The notes below the pieces were generated by a model. That model did no database searches and had not been told where the DNA came from. It saw only the letters and a list, made by a program, of their open reading frames with translations. From Bacillota bacterium (lineage in GTDB: Bacteria; Bacillota; Sulfobacillia; JAMDAP01; JAJYMS01), in the NCBI GenBank assembly GCA_021786825.1, contig JAJYMS010000134.1:2470-66469 (forward strand): a DNA stretch of 64,000 nt, written 5' to 3'. Of this stretch, positions 45,179 to 54,426 are shown piece by piece; positions within the stretch are counted from its first letter, which is position 1, and every line of letters starts with the position of its first letter. The translations under genes were made by a program, and so were the position numbers.

Positions 45179-45796
45179 CTACGGCCGGGCCTCCCACCGC
45201 TCCCCGCGGGGTGGGTCCAGCCCAGCCGCCGCTTCCCGGATAGCTTCGGCGATCACGCGGGCCATCTTGACGACCAGGTTCAGACGGGTATTCTGAAGGA
45301 TAAAATACTCCATGAACCCGCCCACGTTAACCACTCCGGTTAGGTAGACGTCACCCACCGCCGGCAGGTTCTTGTTCACCCCCGCCCCGGGGCGCAGGGA
45401 CCCGCGGCCGACGGTCACCGTGCCCACCGAATCAACGCGCCCCAGGCAGGCGTCCACGGCGGCGATCACCGGGGTGGTGGGCCGGGCGGCGAGCGAGGCC
45501 ACGGCCTCATCCAGGTTGGACGCGTGCACCGGCTGGTCGAGGGTGCCAAATACGTGCAGGCCGGGCGGCTTGGCCTCCGTGAGGAAGGTGCCCACCAGCG
45601 GCCCCAGCGCATCTCCGGTGGAGCGATCGGTGCCGATGCAGAGCACCACGAATTCGGACCGGGGACCGGCCAGTTCCCCCAGCCACGCACGCAGCGAAGC
45701 GGCGATGCAACTCGCCGCCGCCGGGGCGTCGTAGGCCACCTTGAGCTCGTTGGCTCCGGCTTGAGACAGCCGCAAGCAGGCCGGCCTTTCCGGCAC
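45179..45796 (-). CDS. yyaC: spore protease YyaC-like protein
   Basis: 205 aa. Motifs are ...VVLCIGTDRSTGDALGPLVGTFL...AVDACLG...G.V.VG.G.L.PGAGV.K.LP.VGD. Confidence 0.82.
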   Translation of the reverse strand: MPERPACLRLSQAGANELKVAYDAPAAASCIAASLRAWLGELAGPRSEFVVLCIGTDRSTGDALGPLVGTFLTEAKPPGLHVFGTLDQPVHASNLDEAVASLAARPTTPVIAAVDACLGRVDSVGTVTVGRGSLRPGAGVNKNLPAVGDVYLTGVVNVGGFMEYFILQNTRLNLVVKMARVIAEAIREAAAGLDPPRGERWEARP

Positions 45797-45920
45797 CGGT
45801 CATCCCTCCCGCCGCTTCGAGGGTATTACCAGTATACGAGCGCCTGAGCCAAAATATACGGCGCCCCCGAGCGGCAGGGAATTCCTGGGGGAACGGCGAA
45901 ATGGACTCCAGGAGGTTGAC

Positions 45921-46640
45921 ATGCACGGTTTCAACTGGGTCGACTGGGTCATCATCGCCTTGCTCGCCGGGGGGCTGGTGAGCGGTTTCGGACGCGGACT
46001 GGTGGGCATCGTAGCCGGACTGGGGGCGGCGGTAGCGTCCTGGTACCTGGCTGCCCGTTACGCTCCCGCTCTGGCCCTCTGGATCGACCGGCGCCTGGGG
46101 CTCGTCAAAGCGACCGCCCAGGCCATCGAGGGACGGCTCCACCTGGGACCCGTGCTGAGCGCGATCCCTGCGAGCGCGGTGAGCGGCGGATTCCCACCCG
46201 AGGCCAGCCGCCAGGCCCTGACCACGCTGGGCGGTCAACTCGGCCTCCCGCCCTTTCTGCAGCCGTTCCTGACCAGGGGCCTGGGGGCTGCCGGCGTGCC
46301 GGGGGCGGGGTCGATGAATCTGGGCGAGGCTCTTCCGTACCAGCTGGCCCTGCTCCTCTGGACGGCCATCTTTTTCGCTCTGACCGCCTGGGTGATCAGT
46401 CGTTTGATCACCTTCGTGGCCCGCCAGGCGGGTGACCTGCTCTCCCGGGCGGGGCTGTCCCTGCCGAACCGGCTGGCGGGCGCACTCCTGGGAGCGGTTG
46501 AAAGCGGCCTGTTCCTGGCCGTCCTCCTGGGCGTGGTAGCGCCGGTCATCAACCTGCGCGGCGCGGTGCCGGCCCTGGGTACCTCGCGCCTCGCGGCGCT
46601 GGTGGTAAGCTCCTTCTCCTGGCTGCTCAAGGCTCTGTAG
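45921..46640 (+). CDS. cvpA: CvpA family membrane protein
   Basis: 239 aa. It starts NWVDWVIIALLAGGLVSGFGRGLV and has four or more hydrophobic helices. Confidence 0.72.
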   Translation: MHGFNWVDWVIIALLAGGLVSGFGRGLVGIVAGLGAAVASWYLAARYAPALALWIDRRLGLVKATAQAIEGRLHLGPVLSAIPASAVSGGFPPEASRQALTTLGGQLGLPPFLQPFLTRGLGAAGVPGAGSMNLGEALPYQLALLLWTAIFFALTAWVISRLITFVARQAGDLLSRAGLSLPNRLAGALLGAVESGLFLAVLLGVVAPVINLRGAVPALGTSRLAALVVSSFSWLLKAL

Positions 46641-46654
46641 CGAGGGACCACGCC

Positions 46655-47440
46655 GTGCCACAATTCCTGGAAACCTCGAACCTCTACGCCATCGGGCACG
46701 CGCTGCTGCGGATCGTGGCCATTCTGGCGACGGCCCGCGTCGGGCTCGCGGTGGGCAACGCCCTCATCGGGCGCGCCCTGAAACAGGCTCCCCCCAGGGG
46801 CGACGGCTACGAGCGACGGGCCCTCACCCTGGCGGCCATCCTGCGGAGCGCCCTTCGCTACGCCGTGAACCTGCTGGCCCTGCTGCTGCTCTTGCAACCC
46901 TTCCTCGACATCCGCCCTTTGCTGGCCGGGGCGGGAGTGCTGGGGCTGGCCATCGGCTTCGGTGCCCAGAGCCTGATTCGTGACGTGATCAGCGGCTTCT
47001 TCATCCTCTTTGAGGACCAGTTTGCGGTCGGTGACTACATTGCGCTGGGCGAAGCCGCCGGCCTGGTTGAGGAAGTGGGCTTGCGCATTACCCGGCTCCG
47101 GGATTCCGGGGGGCAGTTGCACATCATCCCCAACGGACGAATCGAGCGGGTCACCAACCACTCCAGGGGTCCGCAGCGAGCCCAGGTCGACATCACGATC
47201 GCGCGGCAGGAGAACCTGCAGCGCGCCCTGGAGTCGCTGGAGCAGGCTTGCCGGGAGACGGCCGTCGCCCTGCCCGCGCAGGTGAAGGAGGGACCCAAGG
47301 TGCTCGGAGTCGTCGACCTGCGGCCAGCCGAGGTGCAGATCCGGCTGGTCGCCAGCGTCGCTCCCCTAACCCAGGGCGAGGTGGAGCGCGAGTTGCGCCG
47401 GCGCGCCAAGGAATCCCTGGACCGCCGGGGGGATAAGTAG
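46655..47440 (+). CDS. small-conductance mechanosensitive channel (MscS family)
   Basis: 261 aa. Motifs are ...GLAIGFGAQSLIRDVISGFFILFEDQFAVGDYI...G.VEEVGLR.T.LR...G....IPNG. Confidence 0.85.
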   Translation: MPQFLETSNLYAIGHALLRIVAILATARVGLAVGNALIGRALKQAPPRGDGYERRALTLAAILRSALRYAVNLLALLLLLQPFLDIRPLLAGAGVLGLAIGFGAQSLIRDVISGFFILFEDQFAVGDYIALGEAAGLVEEVGLRITRLRDSGGQLHIIPNGRIERVTNHSRGPQRAQVDITIARQENLQRALESLEQACRETAVALPAQVKEGPKVLGVVDLRPAEVQIRLVASVAPLTQGEVERELRRRAKESLDRRGDK

Positions 47441-47441
47441 C

Positions 47442-47666
47442 GTGGACCGCTACGGCATCGGCGACGTCGTGAGGCTGAAAAAACAGCATCCCTGCGGATC
47501 CGATTGGTGGCAGATCACCCGCACCGGGATCGACTTCGGCCTGAAGTGCCTGGGCTGCGGCCGGCGGGTGATGATCCCACGGCCAAAGTTCGAGAAGGCC
47601 GTGCGCGAACACCGCCCGGCCGGTCACGGAGACGGGGAAAAACCGCAGGCACCGGGTAAACCTTGA
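47442..47666 (+). CDS. DUF951 family protein
   Basis: 74 aa. The motif is GDVVRLKKQHPCGSDWWQITRTGIDFGLKCLGCGRRVMIPR. Confidence 0.8.
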   Translation: MDRYGIGDVVRLKKQHPCGSDWWQITRTGIDFGLKCLGCGRRVMIPRPKFEKAVREHRPAGHGDGEKPQAPGKP

Positions 47667-47692
47667 AATAGCCGGATCTGGAATGCTATAAT
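47663..47692 (+). promoter_or_regulatory. candidate rpsF-ssb-rpsR promoter
   Basis: TTGAAA (47663-47668), 18-nt spacer, TATAAT (47687-47692). A structured leader of about 105 nt follows. Confidence 0.5.
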
Positions 47693-47801
47693 TGACCGAG
47701 TTGAACGCCGGAGTACGCTCCGGCCGTTCTCCCTGCCCCTCATTGATGTGGGGCCGCCCCGGCGCGAGCGGGGGACAGTCCGTAGGGAGGAGGTGAACTC
47801 C

Positions 47802-48089
47802 GTGAGGGCTTACGAGTTGGTTATGATCACTCGGCCCGAACTGGAGGAAGAGGCTCAGATCGCAGTCGTGGACAAGTTCACGGGCCTCATTCAAAACCAG
47901 GGCGGGACCGTCGAATCCGTCGACAAGCTGGGCAAGCGCCGCCTGGCATACGAAATCAAGGGCTTCCACGAGGGTCTGTACAACGTGATTTCCTTCAAGG
48001 CCGATCAGAAGGTGCCGCGGGAACTGGACCGGGTGCTGAAGATCGCCGATGAAGTGGTCAAGCACATGATCGTCGCCAAGGACGAATAA
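47802..48089 (+). CDS. rpsF: 30S ribosomal protein S6
   Basis: GTG 47802 follows GGAGGAGG. The sequence reads RAYELVMITRPELEEE...DKLGKRRLAYEIKGFHEGLY. Confidence 0.92.
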   Translation: MRAYELVMITRPELEEEAQIAVVDKFTGLIQNQGGTVESVDKLGKRRLAYEIKGFHEGLYNVISFKADQKVPRELDRVLKIADEVVKHMIVAKDE

Positions 48090-48128
48090 GCGGCCGGGTC
48101 ATACCAGGCCGGCAAGGGGTGAATCTGG

Positions 48129-48521
48129 GTGCTCAACCGGGTGTTTCTGATCGGTCGGCTGACCCGCGATCCGGAGTTGCGGTACACCCCCGGCGGCAAG
48201 GCCGTCGCCAACTTCACCCTGGCCGTTGACCGCAACCGTGGCGGGGCTGCCACCGAACGCGAAGCGGACTTCATCGACATCGTGGTCTGGGAGAAACAGG
48301 CCGAGACGTGCGCCAACTACCTCAACAAGGGCCGTCAGGTCCTGGTCGAAGGCCGGCTCCAAATCCGGAGCTACGAAACCCAGGACGGCCAACGCCGCAA
48401 GGCGGCGGAGGTGGTTGCCCAGACGGTGCGTTTCCTCGACCGCGCCAAGGGCCAGGCGACGAGCAGCGAACCGTCTGACCTGGGGACCGAGATACCACCG
48501 GAGGACGACGTACCTTTCTGA
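48129..48521 (+). CDS. ssb: single-stranded DNA-binding protein
   Basis: 130 aa. The sequence reads MLNRVFLIGRLTRDPELRYTPGGKAVANFTLAV.R..., with the acidic C-terminal tip DDVPF. Confidence 0.93.
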   Translation: MLNRVFLIGRLTRDPELRYTPGGKAVANFTLAVDRNRGGAATEREADFIDIVVWEKQAETCANYLNKGRQVLVEGRLQIRSYETQDGQRRKAAEVVAQTVRFLDRAKGQATSSEPSDLGTEIPPEDDVPF

Positions 48522-48553
48522 GCCGCCAACCGGTCTAACGAAGGAGGATTTAG

Positions 48554-48784
48554 ATGCGGCATGAACGCGGCCGCAGGCCCAAGAAAAAGGTCTGCAGCTT
48601 TTGTGTAGACAAGGTGGAGAGCATCGACTACAAGGACCCCGTGCGCCTCAAACGCTTCGTCAGCGAGCGCGGCAAGATCCTTCCGAGGCGCATCTCCGGG
48701 AACTGCGCCCACCATCAGCGGCAGTTGACCCTCGCCATCAAACGGGCACGCGCCATCGCGCTGCTGCCCTTCACGGTAGACTAG
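48554..48784 (+). CDS. rpsR: 30S ribosomal protein S18
   Basis: 76 aa. Motifs are ...[18 protein letters not shown]...[29 protein letters not shown]. Confidence 0.93.
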   Translation: MRHERGRRPKKKVCSFCVDKVESIDYKDPVRLKRFVSERGKILPRRISGNCAHHQRQLTLAIKRARAIALLPFTVD

Positions 48785-48799
48785 GGGCTCGCGCCGCGC

Positions 48800-48831
48800 G
48801 GGGCTTCCCCCAGGGGGAGGCCCCGTTTGCG
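48800..48831 (+). terminator. possible terminator after rpsR
   Basis: Hairpin GGGGCTTCCC / GGGAGGCCCC (48800-48824) followed by GTTTGCG. The U-tract is weak. Confidence 0.4.
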
Positions 48832-48938
48832 CGCCTCCAAGGGCCCGCCGTCCAGGGGCAGGAGTTGCCCTGGCGGCCACCGAATACAGGAGAACCCAAA
48901 GGCTTCAAAGGCGGAACCGCCAGGGGAGGGGTGCGATT

Positions 48939-49385
48939 GTGAAAGTCATCTTGACCCAGGAAGTGAAGAATATCGGGCCCAAGGGTGCCCTGGTCGAAGT
49001 GGCCGAGGGCTACGCCCGCAACTACCTGATCCCACGCGGACTGGCCGTCGCCGCCTCGCAGGGCAATCTGAAGCGCCTGGATCAGGAGCAGCAGCGGCGG
49101 CAACTCCGCGCGCAGCGGGAGGCGGCCGGCGTCAGGGCCGCGGCGGAGCAGCTCCGGGCTGCCTCCGTGCGCATCCCCGCCCGCGCCGGCGAGGGAGGCA
49201 AACTCTTCGGCTCGGTGACCGCCAAGGACATCGCCGAGGCGGTCCGGGCCCAACTCCACCTGGACCTTGACAAGCGCAAGATCGAGCTCAAGGAACCCCT
49301 GAGGACCTTGGGGGAACACGACGTGACCATCCGCCTGCACGCCGAGGCCACCGTGCCGCTTCGCGTGGTGGTGGACAAGGAGTAG
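48939..49385 (+). CDS. rplI: 50S ribosomal protein L9
   Basis: 148 aa. The sequence reads MKVILTQEVKNIGPKGALVEVAEGYARNYLIPRGLAV. Confidence 0.92.
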   Translation: MKVILTQEVKNIGPKGALVEVAEGYARNYLIPRGLAVAASQGNLKRLDQEQQRRQLRAQREAAGVRAAAEQLRAASVRIPARAGEGGKLFGSVTAKDIAEAVRAQLHLDLDKRKIELKEPLRTLGEHDVTIRLHAEATVPLRVVVDKE

Positions 49386-49391
49386 CCACCG

Positions 49392-51371
49392 ATGGGCAAC
49401 CTTTTGGAAAGGCTCGCGATTAACGCCAGCGCCCCTTTCGGGCCTGAACTGGCGCCGGACGCTCTGCGGCGCCAGGTGGAGGCTCTCTTTTCCGTGCTCG
49501 GGAACCTCTACGGCCCCGACCGGCTGGTGCTGAAGGCCGGCAAGCTCGAAGCGCTCCAACTGATGCGCTCCGGCCACCTGGGAGAGCAGGTCCTCGCCCT
49601 GCAGCGCATCGTTAACGAGGACCCGACCCTGGAAGGGCTGCCAGGCTCAGCCCAGATCCCGGAGATTCTGGATCAAATCGAGGACCAGGTCGCCGACCTG
49701 ATCGCCCGGCGCTCGGTCGAGGAGCGGATCGAAAAGAAGCTGAACGAACGGATACAGCAGCGCCACGAAGACTACGTGCGGGAACTGCGGCAGCAGATTC
49801 TCAAGGAGGATGCCGGGCCGGAGAACGCCCAGACGCTCAAGCGGTATGCGATTTTGGAGAAGATGGAGACCCGCCGCCTGGCCACCTCCGCCCTGGACGT
49901 GCTGCGGCCGAAGTCGCTGGCCGAGGTGGTCGGACAGGAGCAGGCCATCGCCGCCCTCCTCACCCGATTGGCCTCTCCGTTCCCGCAGCACGTGCTGCTC
50001 TACGGGCCCCCGGGAGTGGGCAAGACCACCGTGGCGCGACTGGTAATGGAAGAGACCAAACACCGGGCGCACACCCCTTTTCACTCCGACGCCCCCTTCG
50101 TCGAAGTCGACGGCAGCACCCTGCGCTGGGATCCGCGCGAGGTCACCAACCCGTTGCTGGGTTCGGTCCATGACCCCATCTACCAGGGCGCGCGACGCGA
50201 CCTGGCGGAGGGGGGGGTACCCGAACCGAAGCCCGGGCTGGTCACTGACGCACACGGCGGGGTGCTCTTCATCGACGAGGTCGGGGAACTCGACCTGATG
50301 CTGCAGAACAAGCTGCTGAAGGTCCTGGAGGACAAGCGGGTCCGGTTCGACTCGTCCTACTACGACCCGGCCGATACCGCCATCCCGAAATACATCAAGA
50401 AATTGTTCGAGGAGGGGGCGCCCGCCGACTTCGTCCTGATCGGCGCCACCACGCGCTCTCCGGAGGAGATCAACCCGGCGTTGCGCTCTCGCTGTACGGA
50501 GGTCTTCTTCGAACCCCTTTCCCCCGGCCAGATCGCCGCGATTGTCGACGGGGCCGCGGCCAAGCTGCAGGCCACCTTGCAGCCCGGCGTCGCCCGGGAG
50601 ATCGCCGAGTACACCACCGAGGGGCGCAAAGCCGCGGGACTGGTGGCTGACTGCTACGGGGCCGCCCTGGAGCGCCTCCACCGCGAGGGGAACCTCCCCG
50701 CGGCGGAGGTGGCAAAGGCAGGTGGATTGCCCCTGGTGGCGGTGGCGCTGGCGGACCTGGCCGAAGTGCTGCAGGCCCGACGCCTATCGCCCGCCCGCAC
50801 CCGGCGGGGTTCGGATGCCCCGCAAGTGGGGAAGGTCTTTGGCCTCGGCGTCTACGGCTACCTCGGTTCGGTCCTGGAGATCGAGGCGGTCGCCTTTGCC
50901 GCCCGCGAGCCGGGCAAGGGGAGCTTGCGCTTCAATGACGCGGCGGGGTCCATGTACAAGGACTCGATCTTCAACGCCGCGTCGGTGCTGCGCCGGGTGG
51001 CGAACCTCGACCTGGCCGACTACGACGTCCACTGCAACGTCGTCGGGGGGGGGAGAATCGACGGACCCTCGGCCGGAGCGGCGATCTTCGTCGCGGTCTA
51101 CAGCGCCCTTACGGGGCGGCCGGTCCGCCAGGACACCGGGGTCAGCGGCGAACTCTCGGTCCAGGGGGCGGTGCGGCCGGTCGGGGGGATTGTCGAAAAG
51201 ATTTACGGGGCTCGGCGGGCGGGCCTCACCCGGGTGATCCTGCCGGCCGAGAACCGGCCTGACCTGCCGCCCAACCTGCACGGCCTGGAGGTGCTCCTGA
51301 CCGAAGACATTGAACGGGTGATCGACTGGGCGACCGCGTCCCCGGCTCAGGCAACGGAGCGAGCGGTATGA
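49392..51371 (+). CDS. lonC: Lon-family ATP-dependent protease, LonC-like (sporulation-associated type)
   Basis: 659 aa. The AAA+ Walker A is LLYGPPGVGKTTVARL. The C-terminal Lon protease domain reads IDGPSAGAAIFVAVYSALTG...GE.S..G.V.PVGG. It lies between rplI and dnaB, as in clostridial endospore formers. Confidence 0.85.
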   Translation: MGNLLERLAINASAPFGPELAPDALRRQVEALFSVLGNLYGPDRLVLKAGKLEALQLMRSGHLGEQVLALQRIVNEDPTLEGLPGSAQIPEILDQIEDQVADLIARRSVEERIEKKLNERIQQRHEDYVRELRQQILKEDAGPENAQTLKRYAILEKMETRRLATSALDVLRPKSLAEVVGQEQAIAALLTRLASPFPQHVLLYGPPGVGKTTVARLVMEETKHRAHTPFHSDAPFVEVDGSTLRWDPREVTNPLLGSVHDPIYQGARRDLAEGGVPEPKPGLVTDAHGGVLFIDEVGELDLMLQNKLLKVLEDKRVRFDSSYYDPADTAIPKYIKKLFEEGAPADFVLIGATTRSPEEINPALRSRCTEVFFEPLSPGQIAAIVDGAAAKLQATLQPGVAREIAEYTTEGRKAAGLVADCYGAALERLHREGNLPAAEVAKAGGLPLVAVALADLAEVLQARRLSPARTRRGSDAPQVGKVFGLGVYGYLGSVLEIEAVAFAAREPGKGSLRFNDAAGSMYKDSIFNAASVLRRVANLDLADYDVHCNVVGGGRIDGPSAGAAIFVAVYSALTGRPVRQDTGVSGELSVQGAVRPVGGIVEKIYGARRAGLTRVILPAENRPDLPPNLHGLEVLLTEDIERVIDWATASPAQATERAV

Positions 51372-52711
51372 ACGCCCCCCTGGACCGCCTTCCACCCCAG
51401 AACGAAGAAGCGGAGCAGTCGGTGCTTGGTTCGATGCTCCTGGACCGCGAGGCGATCATTGCCGCCCAGGAGATCCTGCGCCCGGAGGACTTCTACAAGG
51501 AGTCCCACCGGGCGATTTTCGCCGCGGTAGCCGATCTCTTTAATCGTGGGGAAGCGGTCGACCTGGTGACGCTGTCGGAGGAGTTGCGCCATCGGGAGCA
51601 ACTGGAGAGCGTCGGCGGCCTCAGTTACCTCGCCACGGTGGCCGCGGTGGTTCCCTCCGCCGCCAACGTCGAACACTACGCCAAGATCGTTGAGGAAAAG
51701 GCCGTCCTGCGCTCCCTTTCAGCCGCTGCCACGCGCATTTTGAGCCGCGTCTACCAGCCCACCGAGGACCTGGAGGTGCTGCTGGACGACGCGGAGCGGC
51801 TGATCCTTGAGATTGCTCAGCGCCGCACGGTGCGGGGCTATGAATCCCTGAAAGAGGTCCTGCACCGGACCCTGGACCAGATTGAGTTCCTGTACATGAA
51901 CAAGGGGCAGCTCACCGGAGTGCCCAGCGGCTTTGCGGACCTGGACAACCTCACCTCCGGCCTGCAGCCTTCCGATTTGGTGGTCATCGCCGCCCGCCCG
52001 TCGATGGGCAAGACCCAACTGGGGCTGAACCTCGCCCGGTACGCGGCGGTGGAAAAGAACCTGGCGGTGGCCATCTTCAGCCTGGAGATGTCGGCGGAGC
52101 AACTGGCCATGCGGCTGCTGGCCGCCGAAGCGGGGGTGGACAGCCAGCGGCTGCGCACCGGCCAACTGAACGAGGAGCACTGGAAGCGCCTCGGCCAGGC
52201 CCTCGTCCGCCTGGGCGACGCCCCCGTCTATATCGACGACACGCCCGCCATCTCGGTAACGGAACTGCGGGCCCGGTCCCGCCGCATCCGGCAGGAGCAC
52301 CGGCTGGACCTGATCCTGGTGGACTACCTCCAGTTGATGCAGGGGCATGGCCGGGCGGAGAACCGGCAACAGGAGATCTCGGAGATTTCGCGGTCCCTGA
52401 AGGCCCTGGCCAGGGAGTTGCGAGTACCGGTAGTCGCCATGTCCCAGCTCTCCCGCGCCGTGGAGGCCAGGACCGACAAGCACCCGATGCTCTCCGATCT
52501 CCGGGAGTCCGGCGCGATCGAGCAGGACGCGGATTTGGTCGCTTTCATTTACCGGGATGACTATTATCACCGGGATTCGGAGAAGCCCAACATCGCCGAG
52601 GTGATCATCGCCAAGCAGCGCAACGGACCGGTGGGCGTGATCGAACTGCTCTTCCTGAAGGAGGTCGGCAAGTTCGTTTCCATCGACCGGAAGCATGATG
52701 TGAACGTTTAA
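51368..52711 (+). CDS. dnaB: replicative DNA helicase
   Basis: 447 aa. It starts LPPQNEEAEQSVLGSMLLD. Motifs are ...GFADLD..T.GLQPSDLVVIAARPSMGKT... and IAKQRNGP.G. Confidence 0.95.
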   Translation: MNAPLDRLPPQNEEAEQSVLGSMLLDREAIIAAQEILRPEDFYKESHRAIFAAVADLFNRGEAVDLVTLSEELRHREQLESVGGLSYLATVAAVVPSAANVEHYAKIVEEKAVLRSLSAAATRILSRVYQPTEDLEVLLDDAERLILEIAQRRTVRGYESLKEVLHRTLDQIEFLYMNKGQLTGVPSGFADLDNLTSGLQPSDLVVIAARPSMGKTQLGLNLARYAAVEKNLAVAIFSLEMSAEQLAMRLLAAEAGVDSQRLRTGQLNEEHWKRLGQALVRLGDAPVYIDDTPAISVTELRARSRRIRQEHRLDLILVDYLQLMQGHGRAENRQQEISEISRSLKALARELRVPVVAMSQLSRAVEARTDKHPMLSDLRESGAIEQDADLVAFIYRDDYYHRDSEKPNIAEVIIAKQRNGPVGVIELLFLKEVGKFVSIDRKHDVNV

Positions 52712-52744
52712 GAGTCACTCGGCGCTGAACGTTCGCCTTTTTGG

Positions 52745-52774
52745 TTGACACCCGCGGGGGCTCTTTGTTACAAT
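52745..52774 (+). promoter_or_regulatory. candidate purA promoter
   Basis: TTGACA (52745-52750), 18-nt spacer, TACAAT (52769-52774). Confidence 0.45.
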
Positions 52775-52836
52775 AAGCCCGGTTTTTTGGCCGGCCAAGC
52801 ACTGGACCGGTCTTAGATGTCTTGGGGGTGAGGGCC

Positions 52837-54120
52837 GTGCCCGCAGTAGTGGTCGTAGGCGCCCAGTGGGGAGACGAGGGGAAGGGGAAGATCGTTGATT
52901 TCCTGGCCGAACGCGCTGACCTGGTGGTGCGCTACCAGGGAGGAAACAACGCCGGTCACACGGTGGTGGTGGACGACCGGGAGTATAAGCTGCACCTGGT
53001 CCCCTCGGGGGTCTTCTACCCCGCGAAGCTTTGCGTCATCGCCAACGGGGTCGTTCTCGATCCCGAGGTTCTGGTCCACGAACTGGACTACCTGGCCGGG
53101 CAGGGAGTTACCCGCCCGAACCTCCGCATCAGCCCGGGCGCCCATGTGATCATGCCCTATCACATCAAGCTGGACGGGATCGACGAGGACCGCAAGGGTA
53201 AGCACAAGATCGGCACCACCCGCCGCGGTATCGGCCCGGCGTACATGGATAAGTTCGCGCGGGTCGGCATCCGGGTGGAGGACCTGCTGGAACGCCAGGT
53301 CTTTCTGGAGAAGCTGGAGCGCAATCTGGCCCAGAAAAACCCGCTCCTGGAAAAGGTCTACGGGGTCCAGGGATATACCGCGGACGAAATCGCCGGCCCC
53401 TACCTGGAGCATGCCGAGAGGATCCGCCCCTATGTGCAGGAAACGTCGGAGATCGTCAACGGAGCCCTCGACAACGGCAAGAACGTTCTGTTCGAAGGCG
53501 CCCAGGGGACATTGCTGGACATCGACTTTGGGACCTACCCCTACGTCACCTCGTCCCACCCGGTGGCGGGGGGCGCCTGCGTCGGGGCAGGCGTGGGACC
53601 CACCCGGATCAACCAGGTCATCGGCGTGGTCAAGGCCTACACGTCGCGCGTCGGGGACGGGCCTTTTCCCACGGAGTTGCTCGACGAGACCGGAAACTGG
53701 ATCCGCGAGCGGGGGCACGAGTACGGCACCACCACCGGCCGGCCGCGCCGGATCGGGTGGCTGGACACGGTCATCGTGCGCTACGCCGCGCGCACCTCGG
53801 GCCTCACCGGCCTGGCGGTCACCAGGCTGGACACCCTGGGCGGCCTCCCGACGGTGAAGCTTTGCGTGGGTTACCGCCTCGGGGGGCGGGTGACCCAGGA
53901 GTTTCCCGCCAGCCTGCGCGCCCTGGCGGAGGCCGAGCCCGTATACGAGGAATTGGAGGGATGGCCGGCAGACCTGGGCAAGCTCCAGGCGTACGAGGAT
54001 CTGCCCCCGTCGATGCGCCGGTACTTGGGGCGGCTGCAGGAACTCACGGGAGTGGCGGTGGCGATCACCGGCGTGGGGCGCGAACGGGTGCAGACGCTCC
54101 AGCTCAAGCCGGTCTTTTGA
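52837..54120 (+). CDS. purA: adenylosuccinate synthetase
   Basis: The sequence reads [42 protein letters not shown] 52837 follows GGGGGTGAGGG (the ORF track starts at 52822). Confidence 0.93.
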   Translation: MPAVVVVGAQWGDEGKGKIVDFLAERADLVVRYQGGNNAGHTVVVDDREYKLHLVPSGVFYPAKLCVIANGVVLDPEVLVHELDYLAGQGVTRPNLRISPGAHVIMPYHIKLDGIDEDRKGKHKIGTTRRGIGPAYMDKFARVGIRVEDLLERQVFLEKLERNLAQKNPLLEKVYGVQGYTADEIAGPYLEHAERIRPYVQETSEIVNGALDNGKNVLFEGAQGTLLDIDFGTYPYVTSSHPVAGGACVGAGVGPTRINQVIGVVKAYTSRVGDGPFPTELLDETGNWIRERGHEYGTTTGRPRRIGWLDTVIVRYAARTSGLTGLAVTRLDTLGGLPTVKLCVGYRLGGRVTQEFPASLRALAEAEPVYEELEGWPADLGKLQAYEDLPPSMRRYLGRLQELTGVAVAITGVGRERVQTLQLKPVF

Positions 54121-54161
54121 CTTGCCTTTCGGCTGAACGTCGGCTATAATAGTACCGCATT

Positions 54162-54235
54162 GCGGGTGTAGTTCAATGGTAGAATGAGAGCTTCCCAAGC
54201 TCTAGGCGTGGGTTCGATTCCCATCACCCGCTCCA
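54162..54235 (+). tRNA. tRNA-Gly (anticodon CCC), 74 nt with encoded CCA
   Basis: Acceptor stem GCGGGTG/CACCCGC, anticodon stem AGAGC/GCTCT with loop TTCCCAA, T-loop TTCGATT. A TATAAT lies at 54145-54150 with TTGCCT 17 nt upstream. Confidence 0.9.
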
Positions 54236-54249
54236 CTTTTCGAGGGAAA

Positions 54250-54277
54250 GGGCCTTCCCACCGCGGAAGCCCTTTTT
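54250..54277 (+). terminator. hairpin plus T-tract between the two tRNA genes
   Basis: GGGC(C)TTCC / GGAAGCCC followed by TTTTT. Confidence 0.55.
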
Positions 54278-54282
54278 GCCGG

Positions 54283-54357
54283 GCCGGCGTAGCTCAATGG
54301 TAGAGCAGCTGAATCGTAATCAGCAGGTTGGGGGTTCAAGTCCCTTCGCCGGCTCCA
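54283..54357 (+). tRNA. tRNA-Thr (anticodon CGU), 75 nt with encoded CCA
   Basis: Acceptor stem GCCGGCG/CGCCGGC, D-arm GCTC-AATGGTA-GAGC, anticodon stem GCTGA/TCAGC with loop ATCGTAA, T-loop TTCAAGT. Confidence 0.85.
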
Positions 54358-54368
54358 GCGCAAATGTA

Positions 54369-54396
54369 AGCCCCGCAAGGATTTGCGGGGCTTTTG
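54369..54396. terminator. bidirectional-looking rho-independent terminator
   Basis: AGCCCCGCAA / TTGCGGGGCT followed by TTT. It lies between tRNA-Thr (+) and the M20 peptidase gene (-). Confidence 0.7.
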
Positions 54397-54426
54397 GTCG
54401 TCTCTTTGAAGGCCCTGGCCGGAGGT

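Noticed and set aside
54117-54122. TTGACT as the -35 element for the tRNA-Gly promoter.
   Set aside because: It is 22 nt from the TATAAT at 54145. The overlapping TTGCCT (54122-54127) has the proper 17-nt spacing and is the better candidate.
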